Shown one piece after another: positions 1 to 12,492 of a stretch of DNA of 64,000 nucleotides (its first letter is position 1; every line of letters starts with the position of its first letter). The stretch lies in NCBI RefSeq assembly GCF_009914755.1, contig NC_060930.1; one strand, written 5' to 3'. Position numbers and translations under genes: made by a program. The notes under the pieces are model-generated. The model was not told the origin of the DNA. It searched no databases and saw nothing but the letters and a program-made list of their open reading frames with translations. This stretch comes from the human T2T-CHM13v2.0 reference genome, Homo sapiens.

Positions 1-619
1 TCCTCTCCCTTCCGGGGATCTTCATGTAGGTGCTGCACGGGGAAAGAAGGGCCCTGAGAAGAGAGGCTGCTGTCGGCACAGGAGCCGTGAGGGTGGCGGC
101 CGTCTGGCCACTGTGTCCAGTGCTTTCAAGGTGTTCTCAGTGTCCTCGTTTATGCCACGGCTTAGAAGATTGTCCTTGCCATCTTTAGCAACTGTCTCAG
201 CCGTCACTTATTTTCACTCGTCTTACGAGGACCAACCTGCCGACTTTCTCGTCACGGGGGCATTGTTAACAACCAGCTGTGCGTGTTTAGTGTTCATAAG
301 CAGAGCAAAGTGTGATTGTCTCCAGGAAGCTCTGCATCTGGGTTTTTTTGCTGACATTTTCTTTTCTTTTTTTCTCTTTGAACGCTGTGGTTTTGAACAA
401 ATCGGTAATGTGATAAGTCTTCACTTAACGATTTTCAGGCATCAGGAGTACACGATTCCCTGGAAGAGACATTTACATGGAATATTTATTTATTTGAAGA
501 GGAATCGGATGTGCCCAGTCAACTTAGCACCCACTGAGGTCCTGTCACCATTTGTTGAGTTTGCACAACGTGCGTGGGCATGATTGTGCCCGATTTCTAT
601 CCAGCCCCGAGAATTAGCT

Positions 620-752
620 AGCAGTCCCCATTTTACAGGTGTGGGAACTAAGGGTTAGGGGATGCGTTACCCTGCCCCAGCTCTCACGGGTTGTCAGAGG
701 CAGAGATGAAACTGAAACCTGGGTCTGCTTCTCTCCAAACTCCATGCTCTGG
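620..752 (-). mobile_element. MIR SINE fragment
   Basis: ccccattttacaggtgtgggaactaagg...aaacctgggtctg matches the reverse complement of the MIR core. Confidence 0.7.
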
Positions 753-1530
753 GCACAACACCACTTGGCCCCTACCCAAGGGACCGACTCTGTGCTGAGA
801 AGCAGGGCAGCCTGGGGCATACACGGGAAGTCGGAGGCTTCAGTCGCTTTCTTCCCATGCTGTGCTCTGTTCACCAGACTCCCTAGGGTCCTCCCATTGC
901 AGGAGGAAGTGGCCTCTTGAGCCCTTTGAGATCAAGGCTGGGCATAGAACACAACCTCTGCTCCAACTCAGAGTCTTTTTTTTTTTTTTTTGTTAAACTG
1001 TGTCTGGAGCACTTTGATAATCTCTCCAGAGATAGTCATTTTTGCTAAAATGAATTGCTAAATGTAGGGGAGAGATTTGGGGGCACGAACTAAGCCTGCC
1101 CTGGGTGCCAGTGATACTGGCAACTTCCCTGGTGGGTGGGAAAGAGAAACCTGCCTGGTGGGTGGGTTCAGGACCTAGAAAAGACCTCCTCAGCCTAGTT
1201 CCTTGTTGCTTTGCCGCCGCCCCCAGGCAGTTCAGCCTGGGCTTAGTCAGTGTCTAGCAGCCTCACTGAACTTCTGGGACCAACAGCCCCTGGGTACTTC
1301 TCTTACCACCTGGTCTGCATCGTCAGTGGCTCACACACCCATCACACTGGCCTGCTGCTGCTGTTGCATAGGTGTGAGCTTGGTACTTGTGATCTTGCAA
1401 AGTGCTAAATGGCTCACCCAACTACAGTACCTGATGGAGCTCTTGAGATACCAGTTTGCTCTCTGAGGTTTGGATCAGCAGTGACCCAGATAAGAGTTCG
1501 TTTGTAAGAACAAAATATATATATCATGCT

Positions 1531-1837
<307 letters not shown>

Positions 1838-1839
1838 TT

Positions 1840-2405
1840 AAAGCCAGTGTCATCTCTTCCCAGCTTATTTCTGTGGCCTCTTAACTGGTCTTTTCGCGTA
1901 TGCCCTCCTTTCTAACAGGTAAACCATAACCCATCATGCCTCTGAAAGAATGAGAACCCATCAATGGCTTTTCTCTTGCTCACGGTACAAGTCAGAGGCT
2001 TTACAGGGGCCTCTGAGTCTCCACATGCTCTGTCCCTTCCCCCACCATGGCCCCAACTCTGATACAGTGACCCCGGGCTCCTGGCAGCTTCTTAGACACA
2101 GCCTGGCATTACGTGTTTTCCCTTGATGCTGTGTCTTTAATCAGATACCTTTCTCGCTGAGCCTTACCCTGTCACTGCCTGACTTAAAATTCCAGCCCCC
2201 ATACTCCCTGTCTCCCCTGCCTAATTTTTCTGCAAAATATTTATCAATCTTTGCCACTGTACGTATTGTACTTATTTGTTTATTGTCTGTCTTCCCCCAT
2301 TAGAGTTTAATCCCCACGAGAGCAAATATTTTTGTCAATTGTTTATTCCTTAACCCTGGCATCTAGGACAGTGCCTGGCAGGTAGTAGGTGCTCAGTAAA
2401 TCGGT
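1840..2405 (+). mobile_element. L2 LINE 3' end
   Basis: Ends ...ctaggacagtgcctggcaggtagtaggtgctcagtaaat, the typical L2 terminus. The 5' boundary is approximate. Confidence 0.7.
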
Positions 2406-2832
2406 GCTGCAGGGGTTTGCCTGGTGTTCTGAGATCCTGATGTAGATGTGCCTAGTTCTAGAATAATCTGACGTAACCCGTGATGTGCATCTTCATGTGT
2501 GAGCACTGGTATTTGTTTTACAGTGTTGATTTGTGAGACAATGCCACTCCTGTTCACTTGTGTTGGAATGTGTCTTCATGAGCAGGAGGAAAGGGAGGCG
2601 TTCTACACGGGGCATGAGGATGGTCCCTGCCGGGAGCTCTCCTCTCTGCCGCAGCTGTCATTTGCATCTGCGTCAGTGCCCCAGAAGTGAACCTTCGTAG
2701 GATATAGGTAGGTCAGGACCTGCTCTCCTGGGTGACAAGAAAGGCGATTCCTGTAAATATTATGTAAAACATTCCTTCACTTCACCATGGAGTCAATGGA
2801 GTCAGGTTCAGTCAGGCTATTTTGATGTTTTT

Positions 2833-3143
2833 TTTTGTTTGTTTCTGTTTTTGTTTTTTTTTTGCGACAGAGTCTCGCTCTGTTGTCCGGGCTAGAGTGC
2901 AATGGCATGATCTCGGCTCATTGAAACCTCTGCCTCCCGAGTTCCTGCGATTCTCCTGCCTCAGCCTCCTGAGTAGCTGGGATTACAGGCACATGCCACT
3001 ATCCTCGTCTAATTTTTGTATTTTTAGTAGAGACAGGGTTTCAACACGTTGGTCAGGCTGTTCTTGAGCTCCAGACCTCATGATCTGCCTGCCTCGATCT
3101 CCCAAAGTGCTGGGATTACAGGTGTGAGCCACTGTGCCCGGCC
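2833..3143 (-). mobile_element. AluS (Sc/Sg-like)
   Basis: Full dimer in reverse orientation; TSD tattttgatgttttt on both sides. Confidence 0.95.
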
Positions 3144-3691
3144 TATTTTGATGTTTTTAAAAAGGGCTTTGGGAGGACTTTGCTCTCTGGCTCTAAGCAA
3201 GCTTTAGCCATTGGTTTAACTTTAAAAACAAATGTGTATTAGGGAAATACTGGTAATATAGGATCCCACTGGAAAGGCATATGCTTGTTTACCCATGCTA
3301 CTTCTGTCTAAGGCCCAAGGTGAGGCCATCCTACCCCAGCCACTCTAAATGGCCTGGCCACCTGTGCAGATGGGTGCCCGGTGGGGCTGGGCCCTCGATT
3401 CGCATCAGGCAAGCTCATCTCCATGCCTTGCGTGCTCCCCAGCTTGTCAAGCCTCCATCTGTTTCGTTCTTCACTCCGGCATCCCATGTACCTTCCTCAA
3501 TCTGGATTTGGGGACATGCCCTCTGGCCTTCATGAGCCACAACTGTAGAGGATATAAGAAAATCAAAGTTTATTTCTCTATTTTTCTGGAGCACTCCTTC
3601 CCAAAACAGGATAAATACATGAAGATGTAAGACCTAATATGTCTTAAAATGTCTATGGTTTTTTCTCTACTCTTGATAGATAGTCTGAGAA

Positions 3692-4196
3692 TGTCTTAGT
3701 TCATTTTCTGTTGCTGTGACAGAAGACTACAGACTGGGTAATGTATACAGAAAATAAATTTATTTCTTTTAGTTCTGGAGGAAGATAATCAATGTCAGCA
3801 GGCTTCCCAATGGAAGCCAAGAGCAGGGATTCCAGAATCCCAAGAGGAACCAATTTCCAACCTCAAGGCCTGGGAAGTTCAAGGTCGAGGGGTCATATCT
3901 GGTTGGCTTCTGGTGACAGCGTTCATCCCGTGTAATAGCATGGCAGAAAACTGGAAGGGCAGGCAAGCGCTTGAAAAAAGAGATGGGGCAAAGGGGGCTG
4001 ATCCACTTTATAACAACCAGCGCCTCATGAGAACCAACTCAGTCTCTAGAGAACAGTGTTAATGCACGCATGAGGGTGTGCCCCCATGACCTAATCACCT
4101 CTGAAGGTTCCCATTACCTCTCACTCAGTACTGTTGCCCTGGGGACCAAATTCACCCTGAGTTTCGGAGGGGTCAAACCACATCCAAACCATAGCA
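3692..4196 (-). mobile_element. MaLR solo LTR (MST/MLT1A-like) with an internal insertion
   Basis: Termini tgtcttagt...aaaccatagca; internal MaLR motifs (agttctggagg, atgacctaatcacctc). Confidence 0.85.
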
Positions 4197-5385
4197 GGGA
4201 GGATGTAGGCCTTGAGGGTGGAAATGGTTTCCTCTCGGGTTTCTGGAATATTTGCTGTTGGCTTCCATGCTCTGTTGCTATAGGGAAACCCACTGACATT
4301 AATTCTCTATCTTCCATGTGTGGCCTGGTTTTCTTCTGAAAGCTTCCAGGATCCTCCCTTTATCCCCAGTGTTCTGACATTATATAGTGATGTGTCATAG
4401 GGTAGGTTGGGCCCCTTGTTAAGTGGGAACATTTTTTTTTGCAGATTCCAGGGCTGATTTAAATATTTAATGTTATATTATTTAAATACATACCACTTAA
4501 AACTGGGTATAAATTCCTTATGCTATGGTTATAAAAATCACATCCAAATTGCAAATTAAACATAAAGTACCAGCTAATGAAACTCAAATGCACAACATCC
4601 CTTTGCTGTGATGGCTGGCTTCACTCCTTTTGTCACTGGAATTAGGTACAGATTGCCGTCTCTCAGTGTCCTTTGAGTGATAGCGTTTGGCTTCACTTGG
4701 CGTGAATGAGTCATTTATATATTAAATCTACCCTGTGGCTTTTTTCTCATTAGCCACAACAATTAACATAATTCTGCTTGATGCCAATGTGTAAACACAG
4801 AGCAGCCCGGCACAGCGTGGTTATAGCACGGCTGTCCAGACTATTCTTAGACTGTGCTTGCTTACAGGAATTATTTTGGATTGTCATTACAATGAAAACA
4901 TGAGATGTAAATGTTTTCATAGACAGCTCACATAGTCCCAAGGATTCAGTTCTTTTTATACGCTTCCTATGCCAGTTTGCTCCCATAGGCCTATAGAAAG
5001 ATGAGCTATAAGAAATTGTGGCTATTGTTCAGATGAGTGTTTGAACAGGCCATAATAAGCTGACATTTGCCACTCCCCACCCCTGCCACCCCACGTTTCT
5101 CCATCAGCTGCCACAATTTGCACAGGAGTTTAATCCCGTGTTACGTTGCCATCCCTATTTTGAAATGGAGACGGATGAGAGCTGTTAGCCACAGTCATTT
5201 CCAGGAAGCTGCCAAGCTATGTCTCCTAGAGCTTGGAGACCATGATCCATCTTCAGGTGAGGTTTTAGCTTGAACATTCCTGCCTGCTCCCTTCACTGCT
5301 GTGGGCAGGGGTGAACGTTTATATTTTTTAAAAGCTAATGTGACATCAGACAGGGCTGACAGTGTAAACTTTCTGGCTAGTTAGA

Positions 5386-6012
5386 AGTGTGTGTATATAT
5401 CTGTGTGTTTGTGTATGTGTGTATGTGTGCATGTGAGTGTATGAGTGGTGTGGAATGGGTGTATTCATGTGTGTGTATGTTTGTGTATGTGTTTGTGTGT
5501 GTGGATGTGAGTGTATGAATGGTGTGGAGTGTGTGTATTCATCTGTGTGTATGTTTGTGTATATATTTGTGTGTGTGTATGCATGTGAGTGGTGTGGAGT
5601 GTGTGTATTCATGTTTGTGTATTCATCCATGTGTGTATTCACATGGAGTGTATGTTTGTGTATGTATTTGTGTGTGTGTGTGTGCATGTGAGCGTATGAG
5701 TAGTGTGGAGTGTGTGTATTCGTGTGTGTATGTTTGTATATATATTTGTGTGTGCATGCATGTGAGTGAGTAGTGTGGAGTGTTTATATTCATGTGTGTG
5801 TATGTTTGTGTATATATTTGTGTGTGTGTGTGTGTGGATGTGAGTGTATGAATGGTGTGGAGTGTATTCATCTGTGTGTATGTGTATATGTTTGTGTATG
5901 TGTGTGTGCATGTGTGTGTATGAGTGGTGTGGATTGTGTGTATTCATGTGTGTGTATGTCTGTGTATATATTTGTGTATGTTTGTGTATATATTTGTGTG
6001 TGTGTGTGTGTT
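5386..6012. repeat. Complex (TG/TA)-rich tandem repeat with a ~75-bp higher-order unit
   Basis: About 7 copies of atgtgagt(gtatgagt)ggtgtggagtgtgtgtattcat separated by TG/TA runs. Confidence 0.95.
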
Positions 6013-8124
6013 GTCACTGCGGGCCAGCTGTGTTTCAGGACCCTGCTTTGCTTGCATTTCTGCATCCTGGTACCTGAGCCTGTTCTGAGCTTCATCCGTG
6101 GCATGCCCAGCGCCAGGTTCTGCAGCGCTTCCCAGTGCAGTGGCAATGCGGAGTCCCACTGCTGCTTGCAAGTTGGGGCAAGGGGGCTGGTGATGGCCAA
6201 GCCTACACTGTGTGTTGGTTTGTGAGGTGTCTTCAGAGCCCCGGTGTGCTCCCGTCATTACTGTCCTTCTCCAAAACCTCTCAGCCTCAGAACCTGGATC
6301 TTATCTTTACCTTTTCTTTCCCCCGATCCCTCATCCAGTTCATCTCCAAACTCCATCTGTTTATTCCTCCCTATTATCACTATTTTAAAATCTTATTTTT
6401 GCCAGGATCATCTTCAAGCCCTGTTGCTTCGCACCTGATACATGACATTCCCACAGCCTCCTGCCTCCTCCCTGTTATCCCGGGCTCCGCAGTGGGGCCA
6501 TCTCTTCCTTCTGTCATTCCCCTGTCTTGTTCTGGAGCCATGGAGCCTTCAGTGTGACAGTCTCTGCAGGACAAGGGGAACCGGCAGCCTATGGGCCAAT
6601 GGGTTTTGTTTATCCTACACAATATTTTAAGAAGTTGACGGACAGCTTTAAAAATTGGAATTTTTTTACATTAAAAAACTCTATTTTCAGTTATTCCTGA
6701 AAACGTAGAAAATCCAGCAGCACTGAGCACATATTCCTAGAAGGTGACAGGAGGTGGGAATGGCGTGTTCCCTGCTGCTTTCCCTCAGGCCATGTTTTCT
6801 CCAGTTTGCTGCACTCCTCACTCTACTGTATAGCCCCTCAGCCTGCTCCATTTCTGTCACCTGTCTGGCCCCCATCGACGTGCATATTTGCAGCCCAGAG
6901 CTGACTGGCTTCCTGGCCAAGGACCTTTCTACACCCACATTTAGAATTCATCTTGTCTCTTTGCCTCCTGCTACCATTTTGCCTCTTGGGAGTGCTCTCC
7001 CTTCCCTCTAAACCTGTTCAAATCCTGTCATTCCGCAAGGTCAGTTCACCTCCTCCCTCCTGTGTGCAACTTCCCTGCCTGCCCCTGGCGGAGTTTTCTC
7101 TCTCCCTGAATCACTAAAGCGCTTCAGGTTTGTCTGTGGCTTTGGGGCCATTGCATGTCATTGTGTTTGTCAGAGCTGTGTTTAGACAGCCCGTCCCCCA
7201 GTGCCAGGGCCTCACTGTGGCTGACACACAGTGCCTTGCACTCTGCGGACTCTGGGTTCTCAACAAATGTACGACAAGAAAGATGTGTAGAGGTGATCCA
7301 GGGCCTCGTGCTATGGGTACCAACAGGAGGGCCTCTCACTAATGTGGGGCAGGGAGTAGCTGATAACTTTCCCCAGCAGCTGTGAAGACAGTTGTTTCAC
7401 TTTTTGTCACCAGAGCCACTGTTTAGGGACACACCTTTAATGTGGGAAAATGCCCAAACACAACTAAGCTCTGGGACGTCATGGTGGGCCATGGGCATGT
7501 TCCCTCCTTTGTAAGTGATTTGATCTATCACTAAGGTCATTCAGTGATACTGCTCTAAGATCAGCATACAGAAGATAAAGTTAAATAGGACTTCAATCAA
7601 ATTTAGAATATTTCCATACTTCTCATTAAGAATATTAAGTACCAATTTACAGGATTCTCTACTTGGTACTAGGTGCTGTCTTTGCTTCCCAGGACTCTCC
7701 CTCAAGAGCCTCTGGGTCTCTATGTTCTTCTCACCTGGGTTTTGTTTCAGCTTCACTGACATTCAGAACACCCGGGACGCATGCTGAGCTGGGAGCGGGA
7801 TGCCTTTCTCTTCCTATGCCTCTGATAAATCAGGGTGGGATTTCTGAGAAGCAGCATAGGTTGGTAAAAAGCGCAGATGCCTAATGGCTGTTAACGATGA
7901 CTCAATCACTTGAGGTTTTTTCCCCAACCCTTGAGATCTGGGCTTTGTTTGCATCAGCTTTCTGGCTGGTAAAACCAAGCTCAGGGTTTCTCATCACATG
8001 CCCTTGGGTAGTAGGAGTGACCTTGAGATGCCTGGCATTTTTTTCTTTACTCCTGTCAAGCCCCTTTGAGAGGGGAAGGGGCTTTGCTTCCCAACTTCTG
8101 GGCCAGAGGGCGAGTGTACTCTGG

Positions 8125-8318
8125 GGTAGCACTGTCCAATAGAGCTTTCTGCTACAATGCAAGTGCTCTCCATCTGTGCTTTCCAGCACAGTAGCCACTT
8201 GCCTCGTGTAGCTATTGAGCACTTGAGATGTGGTCATTGCGACTGAGGAACTGAGTTGTATTTCATTTTAATGTATTCAAATGTGCTTACCACATATGCT
8301 TACCATATGGGACAGCCC
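8125..8318. mobile_element. MER3-like hAT-Charlie DNA transposon
   Basis: ctgtccaatag...gtagccact...gctattgagcacttgagatgtgg...ggacagc. Confidence 0.75.
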
Positions 8319-8634
8319 AGATCTCAGGGGTTGGGGAAAATGGGTCAGTGCAATACCTAACAGAGAGCCGTGCACAGTCCTAAGGGGAAGATGCCTAACT
8401 GAAGATGCCTACTGTGTAGGGCGAGGCTCTACACTGCTATGCAAGTCAAAGCCTGTTTGGCCTAACTTGGCTGGCGTCAAAACTATTTGAATTATATTTG
8501 CAGAAAAACCCATTGCTGTGCTGTTCTGCGGAGGGCATTAGTTACTAATTGTTCTCTCATTTCCTTTAAAAATAGCAGACACCAAGCTCCCTTAGCTGTG
8601 ATTTAAGGAGCCACAGTGGTATAGCTGGCGAGTG

Positions 8635-8915
8635 CAGTCACGAACCGCATAACAGCATTTCAGTCAACAATGGACTGCATATATGACAGTGGTCCCATAA
8701 GATTATAATACCCTGTTTTTAACGTACCGTTTCTATGTTTAGATGCGCAAATATTTCCCACTGTGTTACCGTTGCCTACATTATTCCGTATGGTAATATG
8801 CTGTCCGGGTTTACAGCCTAGGAGCAATATAGGCTGTGCTATACAGCCTGGGTGTGTGGTAGGCTACGCCATCTAGGTTTGTGTAAGTTCACTCTGTGAT
8901 GTTTGCCCAACGATG
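8635..8915 (+). mobile_element. Tigger3a-like TcMar-Tigger element (3'-incomplete)
   Basis: cagtca...gcataac...ggtcccataagattataatacc...ctaggtttgtgtaag. Confidence 0.85.
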
Positions 8916-9320
8916 CTCCTAGCCATCGAAAGGTCATCCTTCAGCTTTATTATCATCAAAGCGTTTCAACTTCCTGTTTCTACATCATCTGCTTCTATTA
9001 ATAGCTACATGATTGTTAAGTACAAATATGAAAATTATGTCGAGGAGTACAAAATCTTTCTTCCATTAGGCAGAACCGCACAGATGAGATCTAAAACGTT
9101 CACATTGATAAATACTGCTTTTGAAGTGGATTTTTCCCCTTAAGAGCCAAGCAAAGGATCAAAACGGAAATTCTCCACAGAAACAAGAATAAATCACTAG
9201 AGAGGTTGTTTCTGGAATTTTCCTGCCCATTGAGGGCCTGTTCTTGGAGCTAATGTCAGCGAGGATAGTGTATCATATTCCTTGACTTCCTCAGTATACT
9301 GGGGTCCTCACTTTTGTGTT

Positions 9321-9323
<3 letters not shown>

Positions 9324-9354
<31 letters not shown>
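9324..9354. repeat. (AC)15 microsatellite
   Basis: Read directly from the sequence. Confidence 0.97.
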
Positions 9355-9355
<1 letters not shown>

Positions 9356-10394
9356 GAGGTTGAGTACTATTACTGAATAAATGCACTTTAGTAGGAAGGA
9401 AACATTCAGAAAGTCAGCCTCTTCTGGGAAGCCAAGACAAACAGCTCTTGGAGCCAAGACACAGAGAGGCCACACCCAGGGAATGCCCGGGTGTCCCCAG
9501 TGTCCCCATGTACACCTTTCTCTCTAGCTCCTGCAGATGCTTCTCAGCCATCCCTGTGGCTGGAAGGAGTTGGGCTGCCATGACTCCTGATGAAATGCAA
9601 AATTGCAGGACTCTCTTAAATGCTCTTTTATTTTGACATTTTAAAATGCTATTCTGAGAGGTATAGAGAAGACTTAGGTAACAGAAGAGATGAGAAATAG
9701 CCAAGATCTCCTTTGAAGTTCAGATTCCAAATCAGTGGGGTCTTTCACCAAATCCATCTGGCCCTTCTTCCCTCTTTTTGGGCTAGAGGTCTTTGGTGGC
9801 AGGAATATTAAACTAGACCCACATTGGCTGCAACAATGAAAGAGGTTGATTCACTCACTGATAGGCAGGCTTCAGAGGTGGTTTGACACAGGGATGTGGT
9901 GACTTTATCTAGAACCCTGTTTTCTTATTCTCTTCAGCTCTGCCTAACGTGGAGTCAGCCTCATCCAAAACAGCCTTTCTTCAGGGTTGTATGGTAGCCA
10001 CCGGTAATTTCCGGTGCCACACTTCCTCGGTTCAGAGGGAGTGAAGGGGACGTTCTTGTAAAAACAGCGCCTTTTCCCAGAGCCCCCTTAGTTCTTAGTT
10101 GGACCACGTGTCTTCTCTTAAATCAGTAACTGGGGCTAAAGCCATACTGATGCCCCAAATCCCATGGTGGAATCAGGTTTTCCATAGACCCAGAGCTGTG
10201 AAGGAAGATGTGGACCCCCAAATAAAGATTGGGGTAATCACCCAGCAAAGGGTGGCTGTCAGATAGGAAACTGTCATCTCCCGGCTCTATCATCTGCCAG
10301 TCTCCCCTTATATACTTACAGATGCAGCTTAATGCTAGAAAGTAGAAAATTCTCATTTTTTGAAAGATTACTTTTATGGCTTTGTGACTCTTAA

Positions 10395-10612
10395 TTCTCC
10401 TTTGCTCCCCCTCCTCCTTCTCTTCTTTTCCCCTACTCTCCTTTTCCTTCCTTCCTTCATTTCCCTTCTTCATCTGTCCCCATCCCTCCTTCCCTTTTCC
10501 TGTCTTTTCCCTTCTTCTCCTCTTTACCCCTTCATCCTGTTTCCCCTTTTCTCTCTTTCCTTCCCTCCTCTCCCCCTAGCCTCTCCTTCCCCCTGCTTAT
10601 CTGTCAGCCCTT
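10395..10612 (+). repeat. CT-rich low-complexity polypyrimidine tract
   Basis: About 210 nt almost entirely C/T, ending ~105 nt upstream of the exon 2 acceptor. Confidence 0.9.
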
Positions 10613-10716
10613 CTCAATTGATGATCTAGTTGTTTGTTCAACTTAACCTAACTGGTGGGGTACAGTCAGGTTTCTTACTAAATTAAATGCCTTCATATCC
10701 TCCCACTGCCCCCCAG

Positions 10717-10800
10717 GAAGAAGAAATGCCAGAGGTAGAAATTGACATTGATGATCTTCTTGATGCAGACAGTGATGAAGAGAGAGCTTCAAAATTACAG
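10717..10800 (+). CDS. PPP1R14C: PPP1R14C coding exon (exon 2), EEEMPEVEIDIDDLLDADSDEERASKLQ
   Basis: Acceptor ...tcccactgccccccag|GAA, 84 nt (28 codons, phase 0/0), donor CAG|gtaagc. The peptide carries the CPI-17-family 'E(V/I)DIDxLL' motif. Confidence 0.97.
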
Positions 10801-12186
10801 GTAAGCAGTTTCCAAAATTGAGAACCTTCTAATCATGGACACTTGAGAGTCTACTTGGGTCTTCAGTGCTTGGCATCAACTGATTCCGCCCTGTGGTGGT
10901 GTTGGCACCAGGACCTGGGCCATTTGCAGAGAGGAAAGCAATGGGCTGCTAAGTGTTCACTCTCTTAAACTGCCTCTCTGAGGATAAAGCAGCCCTTGAC
11001 TATAGTCCATTTTCAAAGCGCCTTATGGGTATAACTTTCTCCAGCCCCATTTTCTTGGGAGAAACAGCTGATTCTGCTTCCAAAGATCCACTTGCCAGGG
11101 AAGGGAAGTGATGCCCCACAGTTGTATGAGAAAGAGAGGGACTGAGCTAGCACTGGAATATCCAAGACTAGAGCTCTGGTCTCACAGTTGTGGACTGTAT
11201 CATTCATGAAATTAATTTCTAAATATTGCTTATGACATAATTCTATTTAGTAGACGATCTGTTCATAGACAGTGCTCACCTCATAGCATTCCAGTACAAC
11301 GATGGATATTGAGATGTCTAGTATTTCCTTAGTGGACAGCAATAAAGTACAGTACTTATTTCCCTTCCCACAGGAGGTCAAATCTATCATTTTTAAATCT
11401 GCTTTTGGGAGTTTCTAAAACCAATTAACTTTTGACTTGCCATTGTTCTTAATGTCCACTGATAATTACTGTTAATGACTGTTGGTGACCACAAATGGCA
11501 AATGGCCACTACGGCAATCAAAGGGCACATTTGAATGTATTAATGTGTTTAATGCATTAGTTATTACTAGCATCCCTTGAGTGGTGAACAGTCTCAATTA
11601 TGACAATTATTTCTTCTTGCTAGATTTAGCTGGGAGACAATAGCATCCTAGTTATAAAATTTTAAAAAGATAACGCAGGTATCAGTTCTATAGAAAATGT
11701 AATGACATAACAGAGTTTTCTTAAAATTGAGAACTTGAGAGGAGTTTTTAAGCTATCATCACCCCGCACCCCCCAGTTCCCAGGTGAGGACCCAAGCTGG
11801 TTTATGGCTGCATTGCACTTAAACCCCTTGCTTCCTGAGTGCAGTGTGGGTGCCACCATCTTGCACAGGCTGGCTCAACTTGAATATCCACCAAGTTGGC
11901 AGCCAAAGGAAAGGTGTGTGCATGCGCGTGTGCATACAGAGGAGGTAAAAAGTCATTGACCAGAGGAGTGGGTTTGAAACCATTTGGATCCTGCCGGGTT
12001 ATATCCAGTTAATTGAAGGAAAACCGGAAAGGGGGATTTGGTTCCTGTGGAAGGCCATCCTGGATTTGAGCTACTAAATTAGTCCACATCTCTCTGAAGT
12101 CTGCAACCTAATGGATGCTTGAGCATCCCTGTCCTTTTTTAAAAGAAGCTTTTTTCCTCAGCAAGACATTCAAAACCTGGTCAAGG

Positions 12187-12492
12187 GGCTGGGCATGGTA
12201 GCTCACGCCTGTAATCCCAGTGCTTTGGGAGGCCAAGGCGGGTGGATCACCTGAGGTCGGGAGTTCGAGACCAGCCTGGCTAACAGGGCAAAAACCTGTC
12301 TCTACTAAAAATACAAAAACTAGCCGGGTGTGGTGGTGCACACCTGTAGTCCCAGCTATTCGGAAGGCTGAGGCAGGAGAATCACTTGAACTGGGAGGCA
12401 GAAGTTGCAATGAGCTGAGATCGCACCACTGCACTCTAGTCTGGGTGACAGAGCGAGATTCTGTCTCAAAACAAACAAACAAACAAACAAAA
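12187..12492 (+). mobile_element. AluS with (AAAC)n tail
   Basis: Full dimer; TSD aaaac(c)tggtcaagg. Confidence 0.95.

Noticed and set aside
113-583. 156-aa ORF at the start of the window
   Set aside because: GTG start, runs through T-tracts, no recognisable domain, and lies in an intron.
5346-6258. HT-rich and CV-rich ORFs
   Set aside because: Translations of the TG/CA repeat.
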